From IMG/VR virus record IMGVR_UViG_3300025945_000001: a DNA stretch of 35,811 bases. One strand, 5' to 3'. Of this stretch, positions 1-9,420 are shown in pieces (positions within the stretch are counted from its first letter, which is position 1; every line of letters begins with the position of its first letter). This DNA comes from an uncultured virus (IMG/VR IMGVR_UViG_3300025945_000001) (taxonomy: Duplodnaviria; Heunggongvirae; Uroviricota; Caudoviricetes). The notes below the pieces were generated by a model. The model was not told the origin of the DNA. It saw nothing but the letters and a program-made list of their open reading frames with translations, and searched no databases. The translations under genes were made by a program, and so were the position numbers.

Positions 1-494
1 CGCCCGTTCTCAATGGTGTACGAGCCGACCTGCACGTTGCCCACGTTGGGCCACGCGTTGTAGATGTACCGCTGCTGGCCGGTCGGGTCGCAGGCACCCG
101 ACCCCGCGACGCGCTGCCAGACCTCCATCGAGAACCGGTTCGACGGCGTGCCCTCGCCCAGCGCGAAGCCGGTACCGGTGGTCGCCGGACTGGTCGTGTC
201 GAGTAGTCGCGCGCTCAGCGCGTAGGCCGCCGCGACCGGGTCGACCTCGCAGAAGTCCACGGTCAGGTTGAACCGCTTGAGCGTGGAGCTGTCCTTCTGG
301 TTGACGCACGCCTGACCGTCGGCGTTACGCTCGAAGAACTCCTCGCCGTCCTCGTACTGCGGGTCCATGACGACCTGGACGAACCCCTTGGTGACGACGA
401 CCAGCGAGGTCGCGCCGGTCACGGGAACGCCGCAAGCGTCGATCTTGACGAGGCGCAGGTGAGTTCCCTTGATGGGAGCCGCGCAGATCGCCAT
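1..494 (-). CDS. Major tail (tube) protein, 3' end outside the window
   Basis: Not in the ORF track. Hand translation from ATG 494 (SD GGAGGGAG) is open to the window edge: MAICAAPIKGTHLRLVKIDACGVP...YEDGEEFFERNADGQACVNQKD...LTVDFCEVDP. Resembles cluster B-like actinophage major tail proteins and lies after the capsid genes. Confidence 0.75.
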   Translation of the reverse strand, partial: MAICAAPIKGTHLRLVKIDACGVPVTGATSLVVVTKGFVQVVMDPQYEDGEEFFERNADGQACVNQKDSSTLKRFNLTVDFCEVDPVAAAYALSARLLDTTSPATTGTGFALGEGTPSNRFSMEVWQRVAGSGACDPTGQQRYIYNAWPNVGNVQVGSYTIENG

Positions 495-506
495 TCTAAC
501 TCCCTC

Positions 507-1430
507 CTAGGAAACCGGTACGCCGAGATCAACGAGGATGGCGACGTGGCAGCAGTCCCAGCCTAGGACGTACGTGCGCTCCGCGATCATCGCTAGCGTG
601 TTGTTCGTGCGGTTCAGCGAGTCGCGTGCGCCGGTGAAGCGAACTGGACCCCGGTAGCCGAAGACGGCACCGGTCGCGTAGATCCACGACTGCTCGGCTC
701 CCGCCGCGGCGCCGGTCGGCGACGTACCGGGGTAGCCGGCGCCGACCGAGATGAGGTTGCCTCGCGCGGTGCGAAGCTGCCGACCGAGCTGACCGTTGAC
801 GCCGTCGCGACCCGGGTCGCGGCGGATCAGTCCCCACGCGTCGAACGTGGCAAGCGCCTTGACCGGGATGTGAATGACGCCGACGCCGTTGTAGCAGCTC
901 GCCAGCGCGGACTCCAACAGACCCAAGCCCATGGCAACGTCGAACGAGCCGGTCACCACGATGCTGGCCGGCTGCTGAAGCGTGATACCCTGACTGTCCA
1001 GGACCGTGCTGGTGGAGGCCAGGTGCGGGAACGCGAGCACCTTGCCGTCCACCAGGCCGGTCCAGAAGGCGCGCTCGACCTGGTAGGACTCGCTCTGCGC
1101 GAGCGCGTCGGCGGCGACCTGCTGGGCGTCGCCGTTACCGACCGGGGCGCAGTCGAACTCGGTGTACGCCGTGAACGGCGTCGCGCCTCGGTTAATGTGA
1201 TCGACGTTGTCGCTCTTGACGGTCGGCTCGGGAACCTCGCCGACGCCGGTCACGGCGATGCACTCGTCGTACGTGGTCGAGCCCATGCCCGTCTCGAGGC
1301 ATCGGCTCGCCCACGTCACGCCGTTCTGCCAGTGCACGCTCGGCACGTCGGGAAACTTCGCGACGCTCAGCAGACCAAACGGCGACTGGGTAAACGGTGG
1401 TGCGTCCACCGGAAGACGAGGACCAGCCAC
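507..1430 (-). CDS. Second capsid protein (capsid pentamer-type / minor capsid)
   Basis: 307 aa directly after the major capsid gene; SD GGAGG. Motifs FGLLSVA..WQNGVTW, PFTAY..FDC.PVG and N...MIAERTYV..WDC recall the capsid pentamer protein of cluster B-like actinophages. Confidence 0.65.
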   Translation of the reverse strand: MAGPRLPVDAPPFTQSPFGLLSVAKFPDVPSVHWQNGVTWASRCLETGMGSTTYDECIAVTGVGEVPEPTVKSDNVDHINRGATPFTAYTEFDCAPVGNGDAQQVAADALAQSESYQVERAFWTGLVDGKVLAFPHLASTSTVLDSQGITLQQPASIVVTGSFDVAMGLGLLESALASCYNGVGVIHIPVKALATFDAWGLIRRDPGRDGVNGQLGRQLRTARGNLISVGAGYPGTSPTGAAAGAEQSWIYATGAVFGYRGPVRFTGARDSLNRTNNTLAMIAERTYVLGWDCCHVAILVDLGVPVS

Positions 1431-1473
1431 CGTCTACCCTCCTACGTCGTCGTGGTTCCTCATGAGGTCAAGC

Positions 1474-3231
1474 TTACAGCGCCGCGGCGTTGATGTTCGC
1501 GATGCCGGTGCGGCCGGTCACGTTGAACGCGATGGTGTACTGCCGAGACTCGTGACCAACGCGCGCGATCAGGTTGCACTCCTCGGACCAGGCGGCCGTG
1601 TGGTCGTTGGTCGCGTTGAGCACGCTGTCGCGGACGACGCCCAGGTCGAGCGACAGGCCGTTACCCTTGATGAACGTGCCCGCGGCGTAGACCATCACGG
1701 TCACGGCCGTCGGCCAGGCGGTCATCGGGGTGGCGTTGCCGAACTGACCGGTGCCGCGAACCTGCCAGTCGTTGACCCACTGAACGCGGACGTTCAGGTT
1801 CGTGAACCAGGCCACGATCTGGGAGTCCGGCACCTGGTCCGGGTCGATGCCGGTCCGGTGCGCTAGGTCGGCGCGAATGACGGCCTTCAGCCAGTACGGC
1901 GCGATCACCTCGAGGATGTCGTCGTCGCACATGCCGTAGCGCGCCCGGTAGTCGGTCACGGCCAGCGAGATGCCGCCGTAGACCTGCTGGAACACGGCGG
2001 TGTCGGTCGCGGCGTACTCGCCGGTGCTGATCGCCGAGCTGGACAGCGCGACCATCTGGGCGATCGTCCGGCCGTTGATCGCGTGCTCGTGCGCCGCCAG
2101 CAGCAGGCGCAGGAAGTTCGCGGTGTTCTCCGGGTACGCGTCGTCGGTCAGGTTGCCGGCGGTGAGGCAGATACCGAAGCACTCTAGCCGAGTCTCGGTG
2201 AACGACGGACACGGAACCCGGATGCACGGCTTCGTCGGCGAACCGGTGACGGCCGCGATGTCGCTCGCCTCGGTCCAGAGCCACGGGTTCGTGGTGACGC
2301 CCAGCGTGGTGCTGAACCCGCCGAACGCGCCACCGAAGACGTCGGCCAACGACGGCGAGATCGGGAACCGGATGCCACCCCGGCTGACGCCGAAGGTCGG
2401 CAGGTCGATGAGCCCGCTCGAACACGCGATGTTGAAGAAGTCGTAGCGGATCTCTGACGGGGCGCACCAGCCACCGGCGGCGAGCAGGGCCTCCTGCTTG
2501 TCGACCGAGGTCAGGTGGTCGAACAGCTCCTTGACCTGGCCGAGCGGGGTCCGGTCGTCGATGGTGTGCGTGTACTCGTTGCGAATCGTCGCGACGGTCA
2601 TGTAGTTCGGGTCGTCCTGCGTGACCCGCATCGACTTGGCCTTGCGCTGGAAGATGTCCACCAGGCCGTCGAGGTTGTTGACGCCCTCGTCGCGCGCAAC
2701 GCCCGGGATGTCGACGCTGGCGGTGACCGCCAGCTTCGCCGGCGGCACGTTCGCCGGCGGCGCGTACCGCGCGGCGTCGGCCAGCGTCGGACGCGAGGTG
2801 ACGCGGGTCAGCTCGCGACCCGAGACCCGGTCGCCCAGCAGCTGGACCAGCGTGGTCATGGTGCCCTGCGCGGCGGCCGCCGCGATGGCCGCGGCGTCGA
2901 TCGGCTCGCTGGCCAGCGGCACGCGGTTGCCCTCCGGGTCCTTCGGGCCGTGCATCCGCGTGAGCAGCGTCTCGCGCTGCGTGAGCATCTTCGCCTGCTC
3001 CTGCTCGGCGGCCTGCCGAGCGCGGATCTGACGAGTCGCCGTCTCCGCGCGGATCCGATCGTTGTGATCGGTCAGCTCGGTGGCGTACTTGAGGTTCTCC
3101 GGCGTTACGTCGAGCGCGCTCACGCGATCGAACTCCGCGGTTACCTTGTGGTCGAGCTCCGCGAGCTCCGCGTCGCTGACTAGCGTCAGGTCGTGCGGAA
3201 CGTTCACAAGCTCCTCGGGCTTTCCAGGCAC
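1474..3231 (-). CDS. Major capsid protein with N-terminal scaffold-like extension
   Basis: 585 aa; GGWCAPSEIRYD, LIDLPTFGVSRGGIRF and LDLGVVRDSVLNATND motifs; helical charged N-terminus; SD GGAGG; follows the protease. Confidence 0.85.
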   Translation of the reverse strand: MPGKPEELVNVPHDLTLVSDAELAELDHKVTAEFDRVSALDVTPENLKYATELTDHNDRIRAETATRQIRARQAAEQEQAKMLTQRETLLTRMHGPKDPEGNRVPLASEPIDAAAIAAAAAQGTMTTLVQLLGDRVSGRELTRVTSRPTLADAARYAPPANVPPAKLAVTASVDIPGVARDEGVNNLDGLVDIFQRKAKSMRVTQDDPNYMTVATIRNEYTHTIDDRTPLGQVKELFDHLTSVDKQEALLAAGGWCAPSEIRYDFFNIACSSGLIDLPTFGVSRGGIRFPISPSLADVFGGAFGGFSTTLGVTTNPWLWTEASDIAAVTGSPTKPCIRVPCPSFTETRLECFGICLTAGNLTDDAYPENTANFLRLLLAAHEHAINGRTIAQMVALSSSAISTGEYAATDTAVFQQVYGGISLAVTDYRARYGMCDDDILEVIAPYWLKAVIRADLAHRTGIDPDQVPDSQIVAWFTNLNVRVQWVNDWQVRGTGQFGNATPMTAWPTAVTVMVYAAGTFIKGNGLSLDLGVVRDSVLNATNDHTAAWSEECNLIARVGHESRQYTIAFNVTGRTGIANINAAAL

Positions 3232-3301
3232 CTGAGCCTCCGGGGTAAGGGGGCGTGCGGGGTTCCGCGCGCTGTGCTAGTCGAGCGCAGGGTATCAGAA
3301 C

Positions 3302-3454
3302 TCACTGCGGTTGAACGATAGGCCGTCCGTCGGCGACGACAACCTCGGAAACGATGGGCGGTTGCCCACCCGTGTGCCCGGTCGACTCGGTGACCGGCTG
3401 GGCCGGCTCGGGGCCTCGGTACACCTGACGATTCTGACGGCAGTTGCAACCCAT
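3302..3454 (-). CDS. Small hypothetical protein (MGCNC N-terminus, 50 aa)
   Basis: Hand-translated MGCNCRQNRQVYRGPE...VQPQ*. TGATG overlap with the upstream gene and SD AAGGAG. Short MxCxC genes between protease and capsid are familiar in such phages. Confidence 0.65.
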   Translation of the reverse strand: MGCNCRQNRQVYRGPEPAQPVTESTGHTGGQPPIVSEVVVADGRPIVQPQ

Positions 3455-5940
3455 CAGCTCACTCCTTCTAGCTCGTGTGACGCGGCCATCCGCTTCCGCA
3501 ACATGTTCATGACGCGCTGCATGGCGAGCTGGTCAAGCTCGACGTCCGTCGGCTCGGACGCGACCACACGCGGCGCGATGTGAGGTCGACCGGCCGCGAC
3601 GAGCGACTGCGGCTCGCCGCTCGCGACCCGCGCCCGCAGGCGCGGCACCGGGAAGCCGGGCACGTTAACGGCCAGGAGACCGACCAGTCGCAGCGATCCA
3701 CCGATGCGGCGCCAGTCGCCGCTGACCTGACCCGACGCCCGCAGCTCGTGCACGCGACCCGCCTCGGCGTTCGGCCGGATCGCACCCGCGACCCAGATAC
3801 CCACGGAGTCGTTGCCGACGACGACGTCCGCCACCGCGCTGCCGGTGTGATCGTAGTGCTCCGCGGCGCGCGACGCGCGGTAGCTCAGCGGCGCGTGCCC
3901 GGTACCGACGGTGATCTGACCCACGGCGACGCGCGAGCCGTCGGCGCACACGACCTCGCCGGTCATGAAGTACGGGTGCACGTCCTCGTGAGGCGGTGTG
4001 ACGCAGGTGTCGGTGTGGCCGATGTGACACTCGCCCCACTGCGCGACGTGGCCGTACACGCGACCCTGGTCGGTGATCGTGATGCCGATCGGCACGGTCA
4101 GCTTCGGGTCGTCGAACCACGAGCGCGGCGGTCGCCAGTCGTCCTCGGCCGACGCGACGAGCGGCTCCGGCAGCACGAGCGGCGGCGGCTCCATACCGGC
4201 GTCGCGCAGGTGCGCCGCGAGGTGCTCGTACGTCGCCTCGACGTCGGTCTCCGGCACGAGACCGGACTTCGTCGTCAGGTGACCGAGCGCGGTGGCGCAG
4301 GCGGTCAGGTTGGCCGGTCCCACCTCGTCGTCGTCCGCGTTGACGTGGTGATGCAGGTAGGCCATCTCGTCGCCGCTGACCCACGCGAACGCGTCGCGCG
4401 GTGGAACCTCGGCGTTACCGTGAACTCGCCAGGCCAGGCGGACGAGCTTCTCGTCCCACGCGGCGTCGGACGTGTCGCTGGCGTGCACCGGCAGCGCGCC
4501 GGCGGTGACCTGTCGCGCGGTGTCGGGTACGACTCCCAGGCCGATGTGCGCCTCGACGAACGCGGGGATGTCGCAGAGCGTCGCCGCCCGGACTCGACCC
4601 GCGTGGTAGATCATCTTTTCCGGCTGACCAAACAGCAGCTTGATGGCGTCGCCGTCGCCGCCCTCGGACTCGGTCGCGTCGTCGTCGGCCCAGACGAACT
4701 CGACGTCGGCGTTCGAGATGTCGTCGGCGTCGATTGAGATCCCACCGGCGAAGTCGTTCTTCATCCGGTTGTAGACGGTCCAGCCGTCGGGGTCCTCGAG
4801 GTTGAGGGTGCCGCGACCCATCACCTGGTTACCGACGCGCCACACCTCGTCGATCCGGCCCACGCTGACGGTGACGTCGTGCTGGCCACCGTGCGAGCCC
4901 TCCTTCTGCCAGCGCAGTAGCGCGTGCTCGGCCCAGGTCAGCGCGTTCGGCGAGAACTCCCGACCGTCGCCGGTCGTGACGCCCTCGACGACGAGGACGC
5001 CGTACCACTGCGACTCGGTCGCGTAGTCCTCCTCGGACATGCACGAGCCGTCGGGCATCCGGCGCATTCCCGCGCAGGCGTCGTCGTCGTTGACCTTGCG
5101 CTTCGCGAGCGCCGGCGCGACCGGCTCGACCGCCGGCACGTTGATGGTCACCGACGTGTCCTCGTCTACCGCGACGTCCACCACGGTCGCTCCCTCCTGC
5201 TTACGGGCGGCGCACGGTGCGCACGTCGCGGCCGCGTCCGGTTCACTGGCGTAGAGCGCGGCGAGCTGGTCGTTGGCCTCAGCCTCAGTCTCGTGGCAAC
5301 CGGCCACCGAACCGTCGGCGTCCTTAACGACGGCCCACGGCTTGCTGGCCGCGCAACCGGTATGGTTGTGCACCTTGTGCCAGGGCACGGCCTCACCTCC
5401 GAGTCCCGCGGCTACGGTAGCAGACAAGGACAGTTGAACGTCCGTAACCTCACCGGCGAACGCGACCCGAACCCGATCGAAGGTCACCTCACCGAGCAGT
5501 GCCTCGAGCTGCGGACCTAGGTCAGCGGACGAGTACGCGACGCAGACGTGCGGCTGCCACGGCGTGTGTTGCCGCGCGATCGGCATGCCAGCGTCGAACT
5601 GGGCGAAGCGGTTGCGGGTAATCTCGAGGATGTTCGGCGCGTCCGCGTCGCCGACGTTGAGCACCCACGCCGGCTCCTCGCCCGTGGGATTCCAGTGCGC
5701 TACGCCGAACGCACGACCCACGATCGGCCCGGTACCCTCCCGCTCGGCGACCGCGCGAACGGCGTCGACGATCGAGGTTTGCGTCTCGGGATCGAAGTCG
5801 GCGGCGTCGCCGAGGTACCACAGCGTGAGGTGCAGTTCGTCGCGCGGTTCACCGCCGGGCAGCGCGAGTCGAGCGAGGTCAGCGTCGCTCGGAACGAGCG
5901 CGATCATCGCTCCGACGTGCTCAGTTGAGGACGGCGACAC
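3454..5940 (-). CDS. Multidomain capsid maturation protease with N-terminal 2H phosphoesterase-like domain
   Basis: 828 aa between portal and capsid. N-terminal LHLTLWYLG...WQPHVCVAY (2H-like); central GVLVVEGVTTGDGREF...RAATLCDIPAF; C-terminal GRVYGHVAQWGECH...SGDWRRIGG.LRLVGLLAVNVPGFP. Confidence 0.75.
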   Translation of the reverse strand: MSPSSTEHVGAMIALVPSDADLARLALPGGEPRDELHLTLWYLGDAADFDPETQTSIVDAVRAVAEREGTGPIVGRAFGVAHWNPTGEEPAWVLNVGDADAPNILEITRNRFAQFDAGMPIARQHTPWQPHVCVAYSSADLGPQLEALLGEVTFDRVRVAFAGEVTDVQLSLSATVAAGLGGEAVPWHKVHNHTGCAASKPWAVVKDADGSVAGCHETEAEANDQLAALYASEPDAAATCAPCAARKQEGATVVDVAVDEDTSVTINVPAVEPVAPALAKRKVNDDDACAGMRRMPDGSCMSEEDYATESQWYGVLVVEGVTTGDGREFSPNALTWAEHALLRWQKEGSHGGQHDVTVSVGRIDEVWRVGNQVMGRGTLNLEDPDGWTVYNRMKNDFAGGISIDADDISNADVEFVWADDDATESEGGDGDAIKLLFGQPEKMIYHAGRVRAATLCDIPAFVEAHIGLGVVPDTARQVTAGALPVHASDTSDAAWDEKLVRLAWRVHGNAEVPPRDAFAWVSGDEMAYLHHHVNADDDEVGPANLTACATALGHLTTKSGLVPETDVEATYEHLAAHLRDAGMEPPPLVLPEPLVASAEDDWRPPRSWFDDPKLTVPIGITITDQGRVYGHVAQWGECHIGHTDTCVTPPHEDVHPYFMTGEVVCADGSRVAVGQITVGTGHAPLSYRASRAAEHYDHTGSAVADVVVGNDSVGIWVAGAIRPNAEAGRVHELRASGQVSGDWRRIGGSLRLVGLLAVNVPGFPVPRLRARVASGEPQSLVAAGRPHIAPRVVASEPTDVELDQLAMQRVMNMLRKRMAASHELEGVS

Positions 5941-7738
5941 CGTTGGTTCCCTTCACCTGGTCGACGACGAACGCGTCGGCGCTCGGGAAGACGCGCCGAC
6001 CGATCGACAGGTCGCCCGCCGCCGACAGCACGCACTCGTAGTCGCCGGAGGTGCCCGGGTGCACCTTGATCCCGTCGTACGTGACGTGCGTAAACGGGCA
6101 CGAGAACAACTTCGGCTGGCAAATCAACGGGTGCTTGAGCTGGTAGCCGTTGGGGCCGAAGTGCAGCACGTGCTGCGACTTCGCCTGGAGCAGCGCGAAC
6201 GCCGTGCGGTCGGCGTCGGCGTTGGCACCTCGTGGCGTGCGAGGCTGGTCGTTCTTCGTGTCGGGTGGTCCGTCGGCGCGCCCGGGCTCGTCGTCGGGCT
6301 CCGTGGGCGCGTCGGCCTGGCTCGGCTGCGGTGCCAGCTCGTCGGGCACGTCCGGGTCGAAGCCCGTGAGGTTGTGCAGCGCGAGGAAGCCGGTCGTCGG
6401 GTTGAAAGCCAGCTTCGTCAGAATCATGGCCTCCAGTTCCTTCCGGGTCGGCTTGTCGTCCTCGTCGAGTCCGATCACACGCCGCAGCGTCCGACCAGGC
6501 ACCTCACCTCGGTCGTAAGCCTTCATGACGCTGTCCGTCATGTCGGGACGCGTGATGATCTCGGACGCGTCGTACCAGACCACCCAGCGACGCGGATCCT
6601 CGCCGGCCGCGAGAAGACGCGGCGTGAGGTAACCGATCGTCAGCGCGTGCGCGATCAACTCGACGTCCGGCGTCAGGTAGGTCTTGACGCCCGACTCCTC
6701 GAGCTGCCACAGGCCCCAGTGGTTGATGCTGCCGGAGTTGAACAGCAGCTCGGTCGGCACGTTGATAATGCTGGCGAGGCGCGTTCGTGCGGCGTCGCGC
6801 TTCTCGATGATCTTCTCGTCGAGCTTGAGTGTGAAGTCGATGTGCTTCACCTTGTCGACGTACTCGGCCGGCACCCGCATCGGAATCGGCACGACCGCCG
6901 CGGCGGTGCCCGGCGTCGCCACGGCCTCCTTCGCGGTGGCGATCCACTCGGCGACGAACGGGTCCGGCGCGTCGTTGAACTCCTCGCGGACCGGAAACGT
7001 CAGCTCGTCGGGGAGTACGATGATGCCGGCGGACGCGAGGCGCGAGAGGTACTGGGCCTGGATGTGACGGTTGACTAGGTCCAGTTCACGAATGGCCGAC
7101 AGCGCGCTTCGAGCCGGCGAGTACGGCTCGTGATGCCAGCGGCGGTGCGGACGCCAGATGCGCACAACCAGCGCGTCGCTGGCGAGGTCGCGCCAGATGA
7201 TACGTCCCGGCACGGAGCGCTCGTCGATGACCTCCAGTCGATCGGAGCGACCCCGGATCTCGTCCGACGAGTACGTTCGCCAGACCTCGCGGCCCAGGTG
7301 ACGCTCGCCGACGGCCCAGCCCTCGCCGGGTACGTCGAGGTACGTCGACAGCGTGGCCATTGCGGCCGACTGCCCACCGACGTCGCCGAACAGCTCGTTG
7401 ACGAGGTCGGCCGCCGGACCCGAGTCGACCACACGAGGCTCGTCCAGACCGGGCAGCACCTCGGCCGCGCGCAACCGCACGCGAGAGATCATGTTCGCGC
7501 GCCAGTTGACCGCGAGTCCGTACTCGCCGCAGGTCTCGAAGTAGTTCCATAGCTCGACCTGCCAGCCCTGCTCGTTGCCGACCAGGTGCGTGCTAGCCTG
7601 TCGCACGGCGTTGACGTTGATGGTCGCGGCGGCCGCGACCAACGCCTCCGGCGGGGTAGTGGACTGCGTTACGGTGGTCGCCGCCGCGCTCGCCACGTTG
7701 CGGCGAGCCCAGCTTGGACCGAAGCTCGGCCAGCGCAT
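5921..7738 (-). CDS. Portal protein
   Basis: 605 aa upstream of protease and capsid; VRIWRPH, SRLASAGI, PGTAAAVVPI and NHWGLW motifs typical of cluster B-like portals. Confidence 0.85.
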   Translation of the reverse strand: MRWPSFGPSWARRNVASAAATTVTQSTTPPEALVAAAATINVNAVRQASTHLVGNEQGWQVELWNYFETCGEYGLAVNWRANMISRVRLRAAEVLPGLDEPRVVDSGPAADLVNELFGDVGGQSAAMATLSTYLDVPGEGWAVGERHLGREVWRTYSSDEIRGRSDRLEVIDERSVPGRIIWRDLASDALVVRIWRPHRRWHHEPYSPARSALSAIRELDLVNRHIQAQYLSRLASAGIIVLPDELTFPVREEFNDAPDPFVAEWIATAKEAVATPGTAAAVVPIPMRVPAEYVDKVKHIDFTLKLDEKIIEKRDAARTRLASIINVPTELLFNSGSINHWGLWQLEESGVKTYLTPDVELIAHALTIGYLTPRLLAAGEDPRRWVVWYDASEIITRPDMTDSVMKAYDRGEVPGRTLRRVIGLDEDDKPTRKELEAMILTKLAFNPTTGFLALHNLTGFDPDVPDELAPQPSQADAPTEPDDEPGRADGPPDTKNDQPRTPRGANADADRTAFALLQAKSQHVLHFGPNGYQLKHPLICQPKLFSCPFTHVTYDGIKVHPGTSGDYECVLSAAGDLSIGRRVFPSADAFVVDQVKGTNGVAVLN

Positions 7739-7745
7739 CGGCGAC

Positions 7746-8072
7746 CTACCTTACGAAGTACTCCTCGAGGTGGGAGATCCACGCGGCACCCGAGGCGGCT
7801 GCGGCCCACACTAGCCAGGGTAGCGGTAACCCAACCGTTAGGTCTACGGCGGCCGTCACACCGGCCGCTACCCAGACGGACGCGCACCAGGGACACGTCA
7901 CCAGGGTGGCCAACCAGTCGGGCACCCACGGCCACGCGCGCGTGTCGGTCTCCTCGTCGCCGGTGATCCGATCGCGCACCCACTTCGCCGGCGGCAGGCT
8001 GTCGGTCGTCACTAGGCGGGTCAACCGATACGTCGTCGCGGTCACCAGGAGCAGTACCCAGCCGAACGACAC
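7746..8072 (-). CDS. DUF1360-like membrane protein
   Basis: YRLTRLVTTD and LVTCPWCASVW motifs plus hydrophobic helices. Confidence 0.75.
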   Translation of the reverse strand: MSFGWVLLLVTATTYRLTRLVTTDSLPPAKWVRDRITGDEETDTRAWPWVPDWLATLVTCPWCASVWVAAGVTAAVDLTVGLPLPWLVWAAAASGAAWISHLEEYFVR

Positions 8073-8302
8073 TAGCGACCGTTCGGAATCATCGACGTCG
8101 ACTCCTTGTCGCCGATGGCACCGGAGGCGATCGAGGTCAGCACCGAGATGACGAGCGCGCCGAGCGCGACGCCGAGCGACTGCTTGAAGTCCACCTCGAG
8201 AATGTTGAACGTCTCATCCGAGATCCACAGCACCAGCAACGCCTGGGCAAACGACTTGATCGCGCGGTCGAGTAAGCCGAGCCAAAACTCCGCCGTTCTC
8301 AT
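8072..8302 (-). CDS. Holin (r1t-like family)
   Basis: 76 aa; FW...LDRAIKSFAQALL...SVLTSIAS pattern; two hydrophobic segments; SD AAGGGAG. Confidence 0.75.
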   Translation of the reverse strand: MRTAEFWLGLLDRAIKSFAQALLVLWISDETFNILEVDFKQSLGVALGALVISVLTSIASGAIGDKESTSMIPNGR

Positions 8303-8357
8303 GATGACTCCCTTCGTGGTTCCGTCATCAAATCCTACTGTACTACGTGATACACGG

Positions 8358-8720
8358 CTAGGGACGCTCGGGACCCAGCTCGATGTTCCAGGGTGGAAAG
8401 GGTATCTGGTGCTGGGTTAGAAGGTGATGCGCGAGCGTGAGTCGGTCGTTCAACGTGTGAACCTGCTTACGGAGTGAGTCGACCTCGTTGGTCAGTTCGT
8501 GAATCCGTCGTTCCATCGGCTCTAGGAGGCTAAGCGCCATCGCGTTGACCGCTCCGGCGCGTTCGGTGAGCATCTTCTTCGTCTCGGCGTCCAACTTCGC
8601 CGCGTCGGCGTCCATGCGACGTTTAGCTGCTCGGGACTGCAACGCCGTTACGCCGGCACCGGCGAGGCTGGCCGCGCCGCCACCGATCAGCAGCCACTCG
8701 GCAACCTGACCCACGTCCAT
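8358..8720 (-). CDS. Membrane-anchored coiled-coil protein (lysis-cassette associated)
   Basis: ATG 8720 with SD GGAGG; N-terminal hydrophobic GGGAASLAG segment followed by a heptad-like stretch. Confidence 0.6.
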   Translation of the reverse strand: MDVGQVAEWLLIGGGAASLAGAGVTALQSRAAKRRMDADAAKLDAETKKMLTERAGAVNAMALSLLEPMERRIHELTNEVDSLRKQVHTLNDRLTLAHHLLTQHQIPFPPWNIELGPERP

Positions 8721-8768
8721 CAGGACCTCCACTTGCAGACGTCAAGTTGTCGACATCTGCTACCCAGC

Positions 8769-9275
8769 CTAATCGGCGGGAGGGAGATCACGAATAATCG
8801 TTGCCCGATGCTCATTGGAAACCTGGCCCCAGGACTGCACCATCTCGTGTAACCCGGTGATCTCTCGCGCCACCTGGCGAATGCGCGCCACCGAGGCGAG
8901 CATCAGCGCGAGCAGCAGCGTGCCAGCTAGCGACTTGGGCACGACGACCTCGAGTGCGGCACCGTAGCCACCGAGCAGCCCCGCAAGAATGGCGAGTCCC
9001 ACGCGCTCCACGCCGAGGAGACGACTCAGTCGCTGCACGGTCTTGGCGGGCCACACGGCCGCCACCGAGCAGGTTCCTCCGGCGATGAGCAGGCCGATGT
9101 ACCAGGGCAACGCGAGGCCGGGTAGGTACTGGTCAACCGCGGAGTTGCGGGTACCGAACGGCAGCAGCGCGATCAAGCCCGTCACGGCGCAGGCGATCAC
9201 CACCCAGAGCTGAAAGGGATTGCGGCCGCCGCGCGTCGATCGCCGGTCGCGGAGAATGTCGTTCCGCGCCTCCAC
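8769..9275 (-). CDS. Four-TM membrane protein
   Basis: 168 aa with four hydrophobic stretches; first gene of the minus-strand block. Confidence 0.65.
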   Translation of the reverse strand: MEARNDILRDRRSTRGGRNPFQLWVVIACAVTGLIALLPFGTRNSAVDQYLPGLALPWYIGLLIAGGTCSVAAVWPAKTVQRLSRLLGVERVGLAILAGLLGGYGAALEVVVPKSLAGTLLLALMLASVARIRQVAREITGLHEMVQSWGQVSNEHRATIIRDLPPAD

Positions 9276-9420
9276 GTTCGCAACGCTAGCCGGCGCACGA
9301 CCATCACGCTGCCTAACGTAGCGCCTTAGTGTGATTAACTTGTACGATCGTCCACGTTGTCGCAGTCGTACAACGCGTAGTAAACGCAGTCAGCACACCG
9401 AGAACCTAAGGAGCAACTAG
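9276..9420. promoter_or_regulatory. Divergent intergenic region with inverted repeat TTGTACGA (9340-9347) / TCGTACAA (9366-9373)
   Basis: Non-coding, AT-richer gap between oppositely oriented gene blocks; the 8-bp inverted repeat is read directly. Confidence 0.5.

Noticed and set aside
5564..7078. Long antisense ORFs (e.g. 504 aa here, also 3580-4737, 19321-20544, 23197-24384, 30333-31304)
   Set aside because: Shadow frames opposite well-supported genes, as expected in high-GC DNA.
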